From the NCBI GenBank assembly GCA_965203805.1, contig OZ241917.1, positions 2,432,001-2,496,000 of the forward strand: 64,000 nucleotides of DNA, read 5' to 3'. The first letter of the stretch is position 1; each line of letters opens with the position of its first letter. The DNA comes from Candidatus Latescibacterota bacterium (GTDB lineage: Bacteria > Latescibacterota > UBA2968 > GCA-2709665). Made by a program: the position numbers and the translations under genes. Under the pieces are notes generated by a model. It searched no databases, was not told the DNA's origin, and saw nothing but the letters and a program-made list of their open reading frames with translations. Below, one piece after another: positions 20,337-29,161 of this stretch.

Positions 20337-21788
20337 ACGCCGGATCAGTCCGACCAGGCGCGTCGCCTCCACGGCGGTCTCTTTTGAAAGAAAACGTAGT
20401 GCAAGCGGATAAACCAACACACCCGCGACCACGCAGGATCCGGCCAACGCATAGTCGGAAAGCGCGCCTGTCACCAGCCACTTGTAGACGGCCACCAGCC
20501 CGATCATCAATCCGCTGCCCAGCGCAGCGGGACCCAACGCCTCGAGGTATTCGCCGAACGTAATTCGGGCGAGCCGGTTCACGATGGCCTGCGAGACAAC
20601 CGTCAGGACCAGCACTCCGAGGCTGACCGCCAGCGCGGCGCCCGTTATCCCCCAGCCGATCCCCGTTCGCAGGGCCGCCAGCATGAAGATGGCGCCGCAG
20701 ATATTCCAGATCAGCGCCAGACCGGTGCGCCCCAAGGCGGAGTAGACCAGGCCGGCGGGCGACGCGACAGACCGGAGCGCCCCGGCCGTGCAGAGCACCT
20801 GAAGTACGGCCGCCGCGGGCGCCATCTCCGCCTTGAAAAGCAGCGCCACGCCAGGATCCGCCAACAGGAAAAACCCCGCCATAATCGGGAATACGAGTAC
20901 CGCGACGTACTTCACGGTGGACAGATATGCCCGGCCAAGCCGGACCACGTCGTCCTGGAGAGCGGAGAAAGCCGGAAAGGTGACCTTTGCAATGGCCTGC
21001 ACCACGCGGGTCTGCGGAAATGCGATGAGGCGATACGCCAGTCCGTAGTAACCCAGCGCCTCGATCCCAAGGAACCTGCCTATCAGAAGATAGTCCAGGT
21101 TCTGCTGGACATAGCCGGCCAGCCTCGACCCCGTCCACTTTCCGCCGAACCCGATCAGTACCCTTGCATCCACAACGCTGAAGGACGCTCTCGCATTGAC
21201 GGGGCAGAACAACCATGGGCCCATGCCCAGAACCGCCTGGCGGATCACGTAGGCCCAGACAAGGCTCCACACCTCGTATCCCTGCACAGCCAGCAGCGCC
21301 AAGGTGATTCCGCTTGAGAACGCCGCACAGACATCCAGAATCGCCAGATGTCCGAAGCGGAACGTGCGCTCCATCTGCGCCCGGGGGACGATTCCCATCC
21401 CCACGAAAAGCAGCCCCGAGGCCATCGCCGGGAGAACCGCGGCCACCTGAGCGTCATCAAAAAAAAACTCGCCCAGGAAGCGGGCGGTCAGATAGAAAAG
21501 GGCGGCCAGCGAACAGGAGACGATCAGGCCCATCCAGAACGCCGCGGCCAGGTGCGCCTCGGCCGCATCCCGCTTCTGAATCAGGGCCCGCCCCAGACCC
21601 ATTTCCGCGACCAGTATGCCCACGCCGACAATTGTGGCCGCGGCCACCTCGGTACCGAACGCCCGGGACGGTTCGGTCAGATGCCGTACCGCCAGTCCCA
21701 GCGCGCCCACCTGGATCAGATAGCCGGCGCCCTGCGCCAGGCCGGTCCACGAGAAACCCCGGACGGTTGCGCGACGCAGGTCGGTCAT
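20334..21788 (-). CDS. wzx: Wzx/PST-family polysaccharide flippase
   Basis: MTDLRRATVRGFSW start; EMGLGRALIQK; NLDYLLIGRFLG..ALGYY..AY; many TM helices. The annotated upstream extension overlaps the next gene. Confidence 0.88.
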   Translation of the reverse strand: MTDLRRATVRGFSWTGLAQGAGYLIQVGALGLAVRHLTEPSRAFGTEVAAATIVGVGILVAEMGLGRALIQKRDAAEAHLAAAFWMGLIVSCSLAALFYLTARFLGEFFFDDAQVAAVLPAMASGLLFVGMGIVPRAQMERTFRFGHLAILDVCAAFSSGITLALLAVQGYEVWSLVWAYVIRQAVLGMGPWLFCPVNARASFSVVDARVLIGFGGKWTGSRLAGYVQQNLDYLLIGRFLGIEALGYYGLAYRLIAFPQTRVVQAIAKVTFPAFSALQDDVVRLGRAYLSTVKYVAVLVFPIMAGFFLLADPGVALLFKAEMAPAAAVLQVLCTAGALRSVASPAGLVYSALGRTGLALIWNICGAIFMLAALRTGIGWGITGAALAVSLGVLVLTVVSQAIVNRLARITFGEYLEALGPAALGSGLMIGLVAVYKWLVTGALSDYALAGSCVVAGVLVYPLALRFLSKETAVEATRLVGLIRR

Positions 21789-21799
21789 CCGGCCCCTTT

Positions 21800-22774
21800 C
21801 TATACGATCTCCACGCGGGCCAACCGCACGCCGGTCCATACCGCCATCACGACAACACAAAGAAGAATGGTTAAGCTTATCGCGGACGGCACCACGGCCG
21901 CCACGATTCCGCAAAGGGCAAGAAGTCCGCCTGCAAGATGAATACGCCGAACCGCGCCGCGGACGGAATGCCCCATTCTCACAAGCCGCTGCGCCACGTG
22001 ATCGCGGCTGGCTCTCATCACGGGCAAGCCCTTTCTCTTTCTCACGACACACAGAAACACGGCTTCGAAACAGGGAACGCCCAGCACCAGTACCGCGCAG
22101 AGTTCGCCCTGAACGCCTGGCATCGCCCTCGAAATCTCCACCGACATCGCGCCAAGCACAAACCCGGCGAACAGACTGCCGGCGTCGCCCATGTAGACCC
22201 TGGCCGGATGGGCGTTGTAAACCAGGAACCCCAGAAACCCTCCCGCCAGGCTGGCGCCGAGAATCACAACCGGCGCGGCGCCGCCGACCAGACCCAACCC
22301 CGCCAGTCCAATCGAAGCGATAGCGCCTGCGCCCGCGGACAAACCATCCATCATGTCCAGCACGTTAAACGCGTTGCACATCCAGACCAGCCACACTCCG
22401 GTTAGAACGGCGTCGGCCACGATACTTCCGGTTGTATCGAATCGAAGCCCGCCACCAACCGCAACAATGACCGTAAAGATTTGAAACGCAAGCTTTTGAA
22501 AGGGTGATAGCGGCCACTTATCGTCGACGAATCCGATGGCGCCCATGCCAAGCGCGCCGATCCACAGGCCAACGGGAAACGACAGCGGCGCAAAGGGAAG
22601 CAACAGCAGGGTCGCGACCGCAATGGCCACGCCGCCGATCGGTGGCACCGGTTCCGCGCCGTTGGACCCGACTGACTTCAACCACGATGCGCGCAACGCG
22701 GCGGCTCGCAGAAGCGGAGTCAGCAAGAGGGCGGTTCCGAAACCGAAAGCAAGAAATAGAGCGGAGGACAACAC
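21800..22774 (-). CDS. MraY/WecA-family polyprenyl-phosphate sugar-1-phosphate transferase
   Basis: PPIGGVAI, GFVDDK, NAFNVLDMMDGL and YNAHPARVYMGDAGS motifs. Confidence 0.9.
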   Translation of the reverse strand: MLSSALFLAFGFGTALLLTPLLRAAALRASWLKSVGSNGAEPVPPIGGVAIAVATLLLLPFAPLSFPVGLWIGALGMGAIGFVDDKWPLSPFQKLAFQIFTVIVAVGGGLRFDTTGSIVADAVLTGVWLVWMCNAFNVLDMMDGLSAGAGAIASIGLAGLGLVGGAAPVVILGASLAGGFLGFLVYNAHPARVYMGDAGSLFAGFVLGAMSVEISRAMPGVQGELCAVLVLGVPCFEAVFLCVVRKRKGLPVMRASRDHVAQRLVRMGHSVRGAVRRIHLAGGLLALCGIVAAVVPSAISLTILLCVVVMAVWTGVRLARVEIV

Positions 22775-22801
22775 GGTGAACTTTCTGCACGCGAGCGTGA
22801 A

Positions 22802-23941
22802 TCAGGGCTCGCCGCGAGAATTCCGGCTGTACGGTTGAAAGCTGCGGACAGCGTCGATTACCTGGGCGACGTCTGCGTCAGTCATCGCCGGATACAGTGG
22901 CAGCGTTACCAGTTCATTCCACACCGACTCGGTCACCGGCAGCTTGCATCGATAGGGCTCGTGGATCGGATAAAGATGATTCGGATAGTAATGCACGCTG
23001 GAATCGACATCCCGTCCGTGCAGATGGGCGACCAGATCGTCCCTTTCCGAAACGCGCGGAACATAGGCATGGAAGGCGCTTCGCGCGTACGGCGCAATCC
23101 CGGGCGTCCGAAGCCACGTCAGATCGGAAAACGCCTTATCGTACTGCAGGACGATTTCCCGTCGCTGGGCGTTGGCAGACTCCAGCCTCCCCAGCTGCAC
23201 CAGCCCGATGGCCGCATTCAAATCGTTCATATAGAACTTGTGACCCACCTCGGTCACTTCGTACAACCAGCGCTTCTGTTGCGGACCTGCGGTAAACCGG
23301 TCCCAGGTGCCCTGGGGGATGCCCATCCAGCTCAGCCGCTTGAGGCGCTCGGCCAGTTGGGCATCATTGGTGGTGAGCATTCCGCCGTCGCAGGTCGTGA
23401 GGTTCTTCTGTGCCTGGAAACTGAAACACCCGATTGTTCCCAGTCCGCCGGCCATCCGGCCCTTGTACCGGGCGCCGCAGGCATGGGCCGCATCTTCCAC
23501 AACCGGGATGTTCCGGGACGAGGCGATCTCCAGTATCGGGTCCATGTCGCACGGGTGGCCGCTGTGATGCATAACCATGATTGCGGCAGTTCTGTCCGAA
23601 ACCCGGCGGGCCACGCATTCGGGGTCCAGATTCAGCGTGACCGGATCGATGTCGCAAAAAGCCGGAATGGCGCCGTTCTGGAGAATGGCATGGTTGGTGG
23701 CGACAAAGGTCATGGATGAGGTAATGACCTCGCGGCCCTCCACGTCCAGCACCTTAAGTGCCAGCAACAACGCCGACGAACACGAATTCACGCTGACCGC
23801 AAACGACGTCCCGATATACTCGGCGAACCGCTCTTCAAAGGCTGCGGCCTTCGTGCCTGCCCCCACCCATCCGGACAACATCACCTCCCGGACGGCCGCA
23901 ACCTCCTCTTCGTCGAAACAGGCCCGCCAGATGGGTATCAT
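22802..23941 (-). CDS. DegT/DnrJ/EryC1/StrS PLP-dependent sugar aminotransferase
   Basis: VNSCSSAL, TFVAT, VEDAAHA and FSFQAQKNLTTCDGG (PLP lysine) motifs. Confidence 0.93.
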   Translation of the reverse strand: MIPIWRACFDEEEVAAVREVMLSGWVGAGTKAAAFEERFAEYIGTSFAVSVNSCSSALLLALKVLDVEGREVITSSMTFVATNHAILQNGAIPAFCDIDPVTLNLDPECVARRVSDRTAAIMVMHHSGHPCDMDPILEIASSRNIPVVEDAAHACGARYKGRMAGGLGTIGCFSFQAQKNLTTCDGGMLTTNDAQLAERLKRLSWMGIPQGTWDRFTAGPQQKRWLYEVTEVGHKFYMNDLNAAIGLVQLGRLESANAQRREIVLQYDKAFSDLTWLRTPGIAPYARSAFHAYVPRVSERDDLVAHLHGRDVDSSVHYYPNHLYPIHEPYRCKLPVTESVWNELVTLPLYPAMTDADVAQVIDAVRSFQPYSRNSRGEP

Positions 23942-24900
23942 GAAATCTCCTTGGGGCCCGTACGCCTTTGCCGGAAACCAGAGCGGGTCCGACGTTCAAT
24001 GCCTCGCGTCAGTACCTGTCGATACGCCTTCAGCCTTGCCCTGGCCTCCTGACGGAATCCGGGCAATAAAAAGAGACCTCCCCAGAGCAGCGTTCTCAAA
24101 ACCATCTCCGGAAACGTCAGTGCAGCCAGGAGGCGGCCCGCATGATCTCCCAGGTGTTTGTTCATCACATAGAGATGACTCGCCATGCCCTCAACCAGCA
24201 TCCGCTCCTGCGCCTTCTTCGAACTCCTGCCTCCCGCATGGAATGCGCAAGCCTCCGGCAGATAGGCCACGGACCAACCGGCCCTACCAAGCCTGAGGCA
24301 GAGGTCGACGTCTTCATAATACATGAATATCGCGTCGTCCATGCCGCCGACCGCGCCGAAGGCGCTGCGGCGCACAAGGAAACAGGCGCCCGTTACCCAG
24401 CCGACCGAAGCGGGCCCACGGGAGACCCGGCAGCCGAATTTAAGCATTGGAAAAACAAGATGCAACAGGAATTTACGGCAGATTTCGCCAGCCAGTCGAG
24501 GCGCCCCGCCGCAAGACAGGTGCGCTCGACCCCTCCGGCCCACAAGGCGCGGCCCAACCACGCCGACACGGTCGTTGGCTTCGAGATAGTCCAACAGACG
24601 TTCAACCGCATCCGGCGACACGGTCACATCCGGGTTCAGGACGAGTACGTAAGGAGCGGTGGAACCTTCCACCCCCCGGTTGACGCCCCTGCCAAACCCG
24701 AAGTTCCCTCCCATCTCTACCAGCTTCACGCCGTCGCCGAAGGTTCTCAGCGCGTCGGGACTGCCGTCCGACGAAGCGTTGTCCACAACCACCACGTCCA
24801 GTCGAAGCCGGTCTTTAGCTTCGATAAGCGACGCGACGCACCGGAGCAGGTCGTCACCCGCGTTCCAGTTCACCACCACCGCCGTCACCGCCGGTTTCAT
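23938..24900 (-). CDS. Glycosyltransferase family 2
   Basis: VVVNWN, VVDNASSDGS, NFGFGRGVN, LNPD and FMYYEDVD motifs; ATG at 24900. Confidence 0.92.
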   Translation of the reverse strand: MKPAVTAVVVNWNAGDDLLRCVASLIEAKDRLRLDVVVVDNASSDGSPDALRTFGDGVKLVEMGGNFGFGRGVNRGVEGSTAPYVLVLNPDVTVSPDAVERLLDYLEANDRVGVVGPRLVGRRGRAHLSCGGAPRLAGEICRKFLLHLVFPMLKFGCRVSRGPASVGWVTGACFLVRRSAFGAVGGMDDAIFMYYEDVDLCLRLGRAGWSVAYLPEACAFHAGGRSSKKAQERMLVEGMASHLYVMNKHLGDHAGRLLAALTFPEMVLRTLLWGGLFLLPGFRQEARARLKAYRQVLTRGIERRTRSGFRQRRTGPKEIS

Positions 24901-26299
24901 CCGCCTCTCCATCCAAACGGGCCAGAATGCCAAGAAAACACGCATGCCAGAAGATCAGCCGGTTGCCCATCATCGTATTGTCGGTCAAAATATACACCAG
25001 GAGTGCCGCGTACACTGCAAGAAACGCGGCGCAGAAGCCCTTCTTGTGCGGATCGTCGGTGCGGCGGAACATCCCGTAAGCGATCCGCAGCCCCCGGACG
25101 AATATCCACAGGAAGGCGATCACGCCCAGAATTCCCATACGCATCATGATCGTCAGATAGGTATTGTCGACGCCTCCCGACGTAAAGACGTAGGGCTGCG
25201 AATACTCGTCGACCCTGAGATAGGAAATCGTCGCGCCGTGTCCGCCTCCCAGCACCGGCCGCTCCCGGATCTTCTCGAGGGCCAGCGCATAGGCCAGAAG
25301 ACGCCCCTGGATCTCCAGGTCTCCCTCGGTTACCGTGCGGCGCAGACGATGGGCCGCCATATCCTCGACTCCCGCGCCCGTAAACTGCTGGAAGTAGTAT
25401 CCAAGGCCCAGGAGCAGAGCAGGAATCAGCATCAATTTCAGAAGCCGGCGCCCGCGGTGCCTCCCCCGGTCGAGCAGAACCAGCCCGCCCACACAGAACA
25501 ATCCGAACAACAGGCTGGCCCACATGGCGCGACCCATCGTGACCACCAGCGCAAGTCCGATGGGAACCAGGAGAAGGCCACCCACCGTTCGGCGAACCGG
25601 CGACGTGTCGTAGAGGAACGCCGCCGCGAGAACCAGTACACCCATCGGCAGCAGCAGCCCCTCCCGCCGCGCCACGCGGAAGAACGCACCGGCATAAGAG
25701 AGATCGACGGCGCGGACGAATTCAACCAGGTACTCCACGCCCACGACGGCCGCGGAGACGACCAGCACAGCCAGAAACATCCCGCGTCTGCGCATATCGA
25801 AAAAACCGGTCACGACGAAGAACAGCACGTAGTAAAGCGGATATCGCACATCCCTCAGCATCTGCCGGACGTCCTGACCGTAAAACAGACCCAGCGCCAT
25901 CGATGCCACGACCAGCCCCAGAAAAACCAGCAACGGACGGTCCAGTCGGGTGCGTACCCGGTTCAGCCGTCGTTCCTGCAGCCAGGCGACGAATGCCACA
26001 CCCCACACCACCAGAAACAGCGCCTCGCAGAAATGCAGATTCCCGGGCAACATGAGATGATCTTCGTAGAATTCGGAGGAGATTACGGAGGCGATGAAGC
26101 AGAGATACAGGAGCGCGGATGTGACCGACGCCATCAGCGCGATCCCGGAAACCACGACCAGGCTTACGGTGATCACCGGAATCACCTCGCCGAAACGCCA
26201 GAAGGGCAACGCGATCAGCGCGAGTTGCACGATACAGACGACCGGAATTACCCACCCTTCGCGGATTCTCGCCGTCGACAGGCCCGTAGCCGTTTCCAT
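24854..26299 (-). CDS. O-antigen ligase/polymerase-like membrane protein (Wzy_C)
   Basis: About 12 TM segments; TMGRA, RPVLGGGHG and VDNTYLTIMMRMGILG motifs. Confidence 0.8.
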   Translation of the reverse strand: METATGLSTARIREGWVIPVVCIVQLALIALPFWRFGEVIPVITVSLVVVSGIALMASVTSALLYLCFIASVISSEFYEDHLMLPGNLHFCEALFLVVWGVAFVAWLQERRLNRVRTRLDRPLLVFLGLVVASMALGLFYGQDVRQMLRDVRYPLYYVLFFVVTGFFDMRRRGMFLAVLVVSAAVVGVEYLVEFVRAVDLSYAGAFFRVARREGLLLPMGVLVLAAAFLYDTSPVRRTVGGLLLVPIGLALVVTMGRAMWASLLFGLFCVGGLVLLDRGRHRGRRLLKLMLIPALLLGLGYYFQQFTGAGVEDMAAHRLRRTVTEGDLEIQGRLLAYALALEKIRERPVLGGGHGATISYLRVDEYSQPYVFTSGGVDNTYLTIMMRMGILGVIAFLWIFVRGLRIAYGMFRRTDDPHKKGFCAAFLAVYAALLVYILTDNTMMGNRLIFWHACFLGILARLDGEADETGGDGGGGELERG

Positions 26300-26315
26300 C
26301 GGTCCGCTTTCCCGC

Positions 26316-28043
26316 TCAGAAAAAATTGTAGTCCAGCGTCACGCGCCAGTCATGGGTGCTTCCATCCCCGCGCTTTCCGTCGCGCAGTACGACATTGCCC
26401 GCCCGCGTCAGCCGGTAGGTTGCGGAAAGCACCAGGTCCCGCACAGGCTCGAACACGAGGTCCGCCCCGACGCGGGTACGTTTCTCCACCGTGCCGCTCA
26501 TAAACTTCCGGACCGCCGGGTCCGTCGGACGCCGGCCCCGCAGCGCGTCTCCTCCCACATTTGTCAAGGTACCGTCCGGATGCTCGACATTCTCGCCCTC
26601 CCGAGCACGGTCCAGGCTTACCGACACCGTAACGGCCGGCGACAGCCGGCGCGTTATCCGCGCCCAGAGTCTGTCGGAATTCGGCCCCGTTGGATATCCG
26701 AGCAGGGCGTCGAAATGGGCGTAGGAATTGATGTCGAACCTGTGAGAATACACGTACGGCTCGACGTGCACGAATTCGGCCCGGAAATCCGTATCCCGCA
26801 ATTCGAACGGATCGACCCAGAAAACGCCGACCTGAGTGGCGAGCTTGTTGGAAAAGTCTCCCGGACTGAACTTCCTCAGGTCATCCATCAATAGCGCGAC
26901 ATAGGTCTGGATGCCGTTCGTCGGCCTGAAAGAAATATCGAGCGCCACCACAAGATTGTCCTTGTCCCCCACGGACATCTGCGCGGCCGTCAGCAGCGAC
27001 ACGGGCGGAAGGTACAGAAACTCCAGATTTCGGTCTCCAAAGATCACGGCCTCCTGAAGACCCAGACTAGCTCGCGGGGACAGATCGAACTCCACCCGAT
27101 GGGCGGCAATCGCCTTGGCCCGCTGAAACGTACGCAGGTGGCCGTTATCGATCCGGGTCATTGACGTGTCCACCATGCCCCGCTCCGCCTCCAGGAATCC
27201 CAGAATGTGTTTGAAGCGCAGCCGACGGTAGTTCGCATTGAATCGCAAGATCCCGAAAGACGGCGCGAAAGCGGTCAGAAACAGATTGCCGGTCCGGCCC
27301 GGCCCCCAATCCATGCTGCCTTTTCCCGCGCTGACGTCGAACCAGCGCGTCGCCCAGACCAGCTGAAACGTGGCCTCTCGAAAATCCACGGCATTTCCCT
27401 TGATCTGCACCAGCTCGATCGGACGGGCCAGGATATCCGACCGGGTCCGGCGCCGGAGTGTGCTCCATTCGCGGGCCTCGAAATGGCGAACCCGGAAACC
27501 GATCCGATCACCCACGGTTCCGCGCGCCAGTGCGCCCACGTGCGTCAGCGAGACCGTCTCGTCTTCCCTCTCGCCGCCTCTTAACAGGATCAGCCGCTGC
27601 CGGAAGACCGCGTCCAGCACGACAGATGCCGCCGTATCCTGCCACGAATAGAGAGCATCCGCCAGCCGGTCGAAGGCGCCGGGCCGCGCCGGCGCCGGCG
27701 CGCGGCCCAATCGCACAACCTCCGGACGGAACTCCGCCATGTGTCTGCGGAAGATGCCCTGTTCGGTTTGCGACATGGCGGCCTGCGATTCCGTGTTGCG
27801 CGACACCTGAATCAAGAGCCGGGCGACCTGAAGGCGGGTGTACGGTCTGTCCTGCGACGCCGCGGAGTCCAGCCACCCATTGGCGTCGTACCGGTCGAGC
27901 GACCGATAAACACCGTGAACAAGCGGCACGTCCGGGGTATTGTCGCCCGCGGGTACGTTCCGTGCCAACGATAGAAGTGCGAGCAGGAGAAATACGGATC
28001 TCACGACGTCGCGTCCGGTGAAAACTGAACCTTGATTTGTCAT
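26316..28043 (-). CDS. Capsule assembly Wzi-like outer-membrane protein
   Basis: Signal peptide; RPYTRLQVA, WGPGRTGNLFL, KDNL and LGYPTGPNSD motifs; C-terminal YNFF. Confidence 0.75.
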   Translation of the reverse strand: MTNQGSVFTGRDVVRSVFLLLALLSLARNVPAGDNTPDVPLVHGVYRSLDRYDANGWLDSAASQDRPYTRLQVARLLIQVSRNTESQAAMSQTEQGIFRRHMAEFRPEVVRLGRAPAPARPGAFDRLADALYSWQDTAASVVLDAVFRQRLILLRGGEREDETVSLTHVGALARGTVGDRIGFRVRHFEAREWSTLRRRTRSDILARPIELVQIKGNAVDFREATFQLVWATRWFDVSAGKGSMDWGPGRTGNLFLTAFAPSFGILRFNANYRRLRFKHILGFLEAERGMVDTSMTRIDNGHLRTFQRAKAIAAHRVEFDLSPRASLGLQEAVIFGDRNLEFLYLPPVSLLTAAQMSVGDKDNLVVALDISFRPTNGIQTYVALLMDDLRKFSPGDFSNKLATQVGVFWVDPFELRDTDFRAEFVHVEPYVYSHRFDINSYAHFDALLGYPTGPNSDRLWARITRRLSPAVTVSVSLDRAREGENVEHPDGTLTNVGGDALRGRRPTDPAVRKFMSGTVEKRTRVGADLVFEPVRDLVLSATYRLTRAGNVVLRDGKRGDGSTHDWRVTLDYNFF

Positions 28044-28177
28044 TTTGAGGTGAATTCCGTCGGAAGTTCACCTTCAGATCTGATCCGGTGACAGCCGGCA
28101 GGCGCCGCGGCCTCCTCGCCGGACCCGACGAAGAGACGCCATCGTCCTGTTCCTTCAAGACTGCGAAAGACCGCCCA

Positions 28178-28205
28178 ATTATACCATAACCCCTGGAATT
28201 GTCAA
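28178..28205 (-). promoter_or_regulatory. Near-consensus sigma70 promoter for the glycan cluster
   Basis: TTGACA-16-TATAAT with extended -10 TGn. Confidence 0.75.
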
Positions 28206-28253
28206 GCGCACGGCCTCCCTTGTTCAGGCGGTTGCGCGTGTCCCCGAAATCCC

Positions 28254-28282
28254 TTGACTTTGCGAATTCAACCTGCTATTTT
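28254..28282 (+). promoter_or_regulatory. Sigma70 promoter for the BMC locus (divergent partner)
   Basis: TTGACT-17-TATTTT with extended -10 TGC. Confidence 0.6.
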
Positions 28283-28332
28283 TCGCGTCTTGAATCCGGA
28301 GTCGTCCCCGTTTTCTGTCCCGTAAACGCCCG

Positions 28333-29049
28333 ATGGCACAGACATTCAAACCTGCTTCCGAATGCGCGGACTGCAAGCTGTGCGAACGAGGGCAGCCGGC
28401 CGCGAACGGCAACGGATCGCCGGATATCGCCCGCGTTGTCCGAGAAGTCCTCGGGAGGATTCAGAGCGGAAAAGACGGCCTCCTCGAAATCCCGGTCGGG
28501 GTCTCCGCAAGGCACTGCCACCTGAACCGGGAGGCCATGGACGTCCTGTTCGGGCACGGATCGGAACTCACGCCGTACCGGGAACTGTATCAGCCCGGTG
28601 CGTACGCGGCGGAAGAATGCGTCTCCGTGATCGGGCCCCGCCTTCGCGCCATCGAGCGCGTCCGGATTCTGGGACCCGCGCGGGACTACAATCAGGTCGA
28701 ATTGGCCCGAACGGACGCCATCTTTCTCGGTCTCGATCCCCCTGTGCGGGACTCCGGCGACCTGCGAGGCGCCCAGCGGGTCACTTTTGTGGGCCCTGAA
28801 GGCTCCCTCACCGTACCCGCCGCGATCCGCGCCGCACGGCACCTCCACCTTCGCCCCGCCGACGTTGAAGAGATGGGACTTGCGGGGCGCGGCGACGTTC
28901 GTGCTCACGTCAGCGGCGAAAAGGGCCTTATATTCGAGAATATCAGGCTGAAAATCGACCCCGGCTATTTGCCCGAACTCCACCTGGACACCGACGACGC
29001 CAACGCGGCCGACCTTGTCTGCGGCGGCAGGGCGTTTATCGAATCCTGA
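28333..29049 (+). CDS. pduL: PduL-type phosphotransacylase with an N-terminal Cys motif and encapsulation peptide
   Basis: IPVGVSARHCHL, LYQPG, VRILGP, QVELARTD, RHLH and ELHLDTDDANAA motifs; amphipathic DIARVVREVLGRI. Confidence 0.93.
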   Translation: MAQTFKPASECADCKLCERGQPAANGNGSPDIARVVREVLGRIQSGKDGLLEIPVGVSARHCHLNREAMDVLFGHGSELTPYRELYQPGAYAAEECVSVIGPRLRAIERVRILGPARDYNQVELARTDAIFLGLDPPVRDSGDLRGAQRVTFVGPEGSLTVPAAIRAARHLHLRPADVEEMGLAGRGDVRAHVSGEKGLIFENIRLKIDPGYLPELHLDTDDANAADLVCGGRAFIES

Positions 29050-29161
29050 TACGCTCAGGAACATCAGCCCATCGAATGTCCGGTGCGATGCCGGCCAGCC
29101 GTTTCGCCGATCCGGGCGAGCCAACCGTTCAGGTGAATCGACATCTACCGGGTCGGATTGA

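Noticed and set aside
21789-22052. N-terminal extensions in the ORF track (wzx, aldehyde dehydrogenase, PPIase, cytidylate kinase-like, enolase, 61910 gene)
   Set aside because: They overlap neighbouring genes or promoters; downstream starts fit the family N-termini or RBS better.
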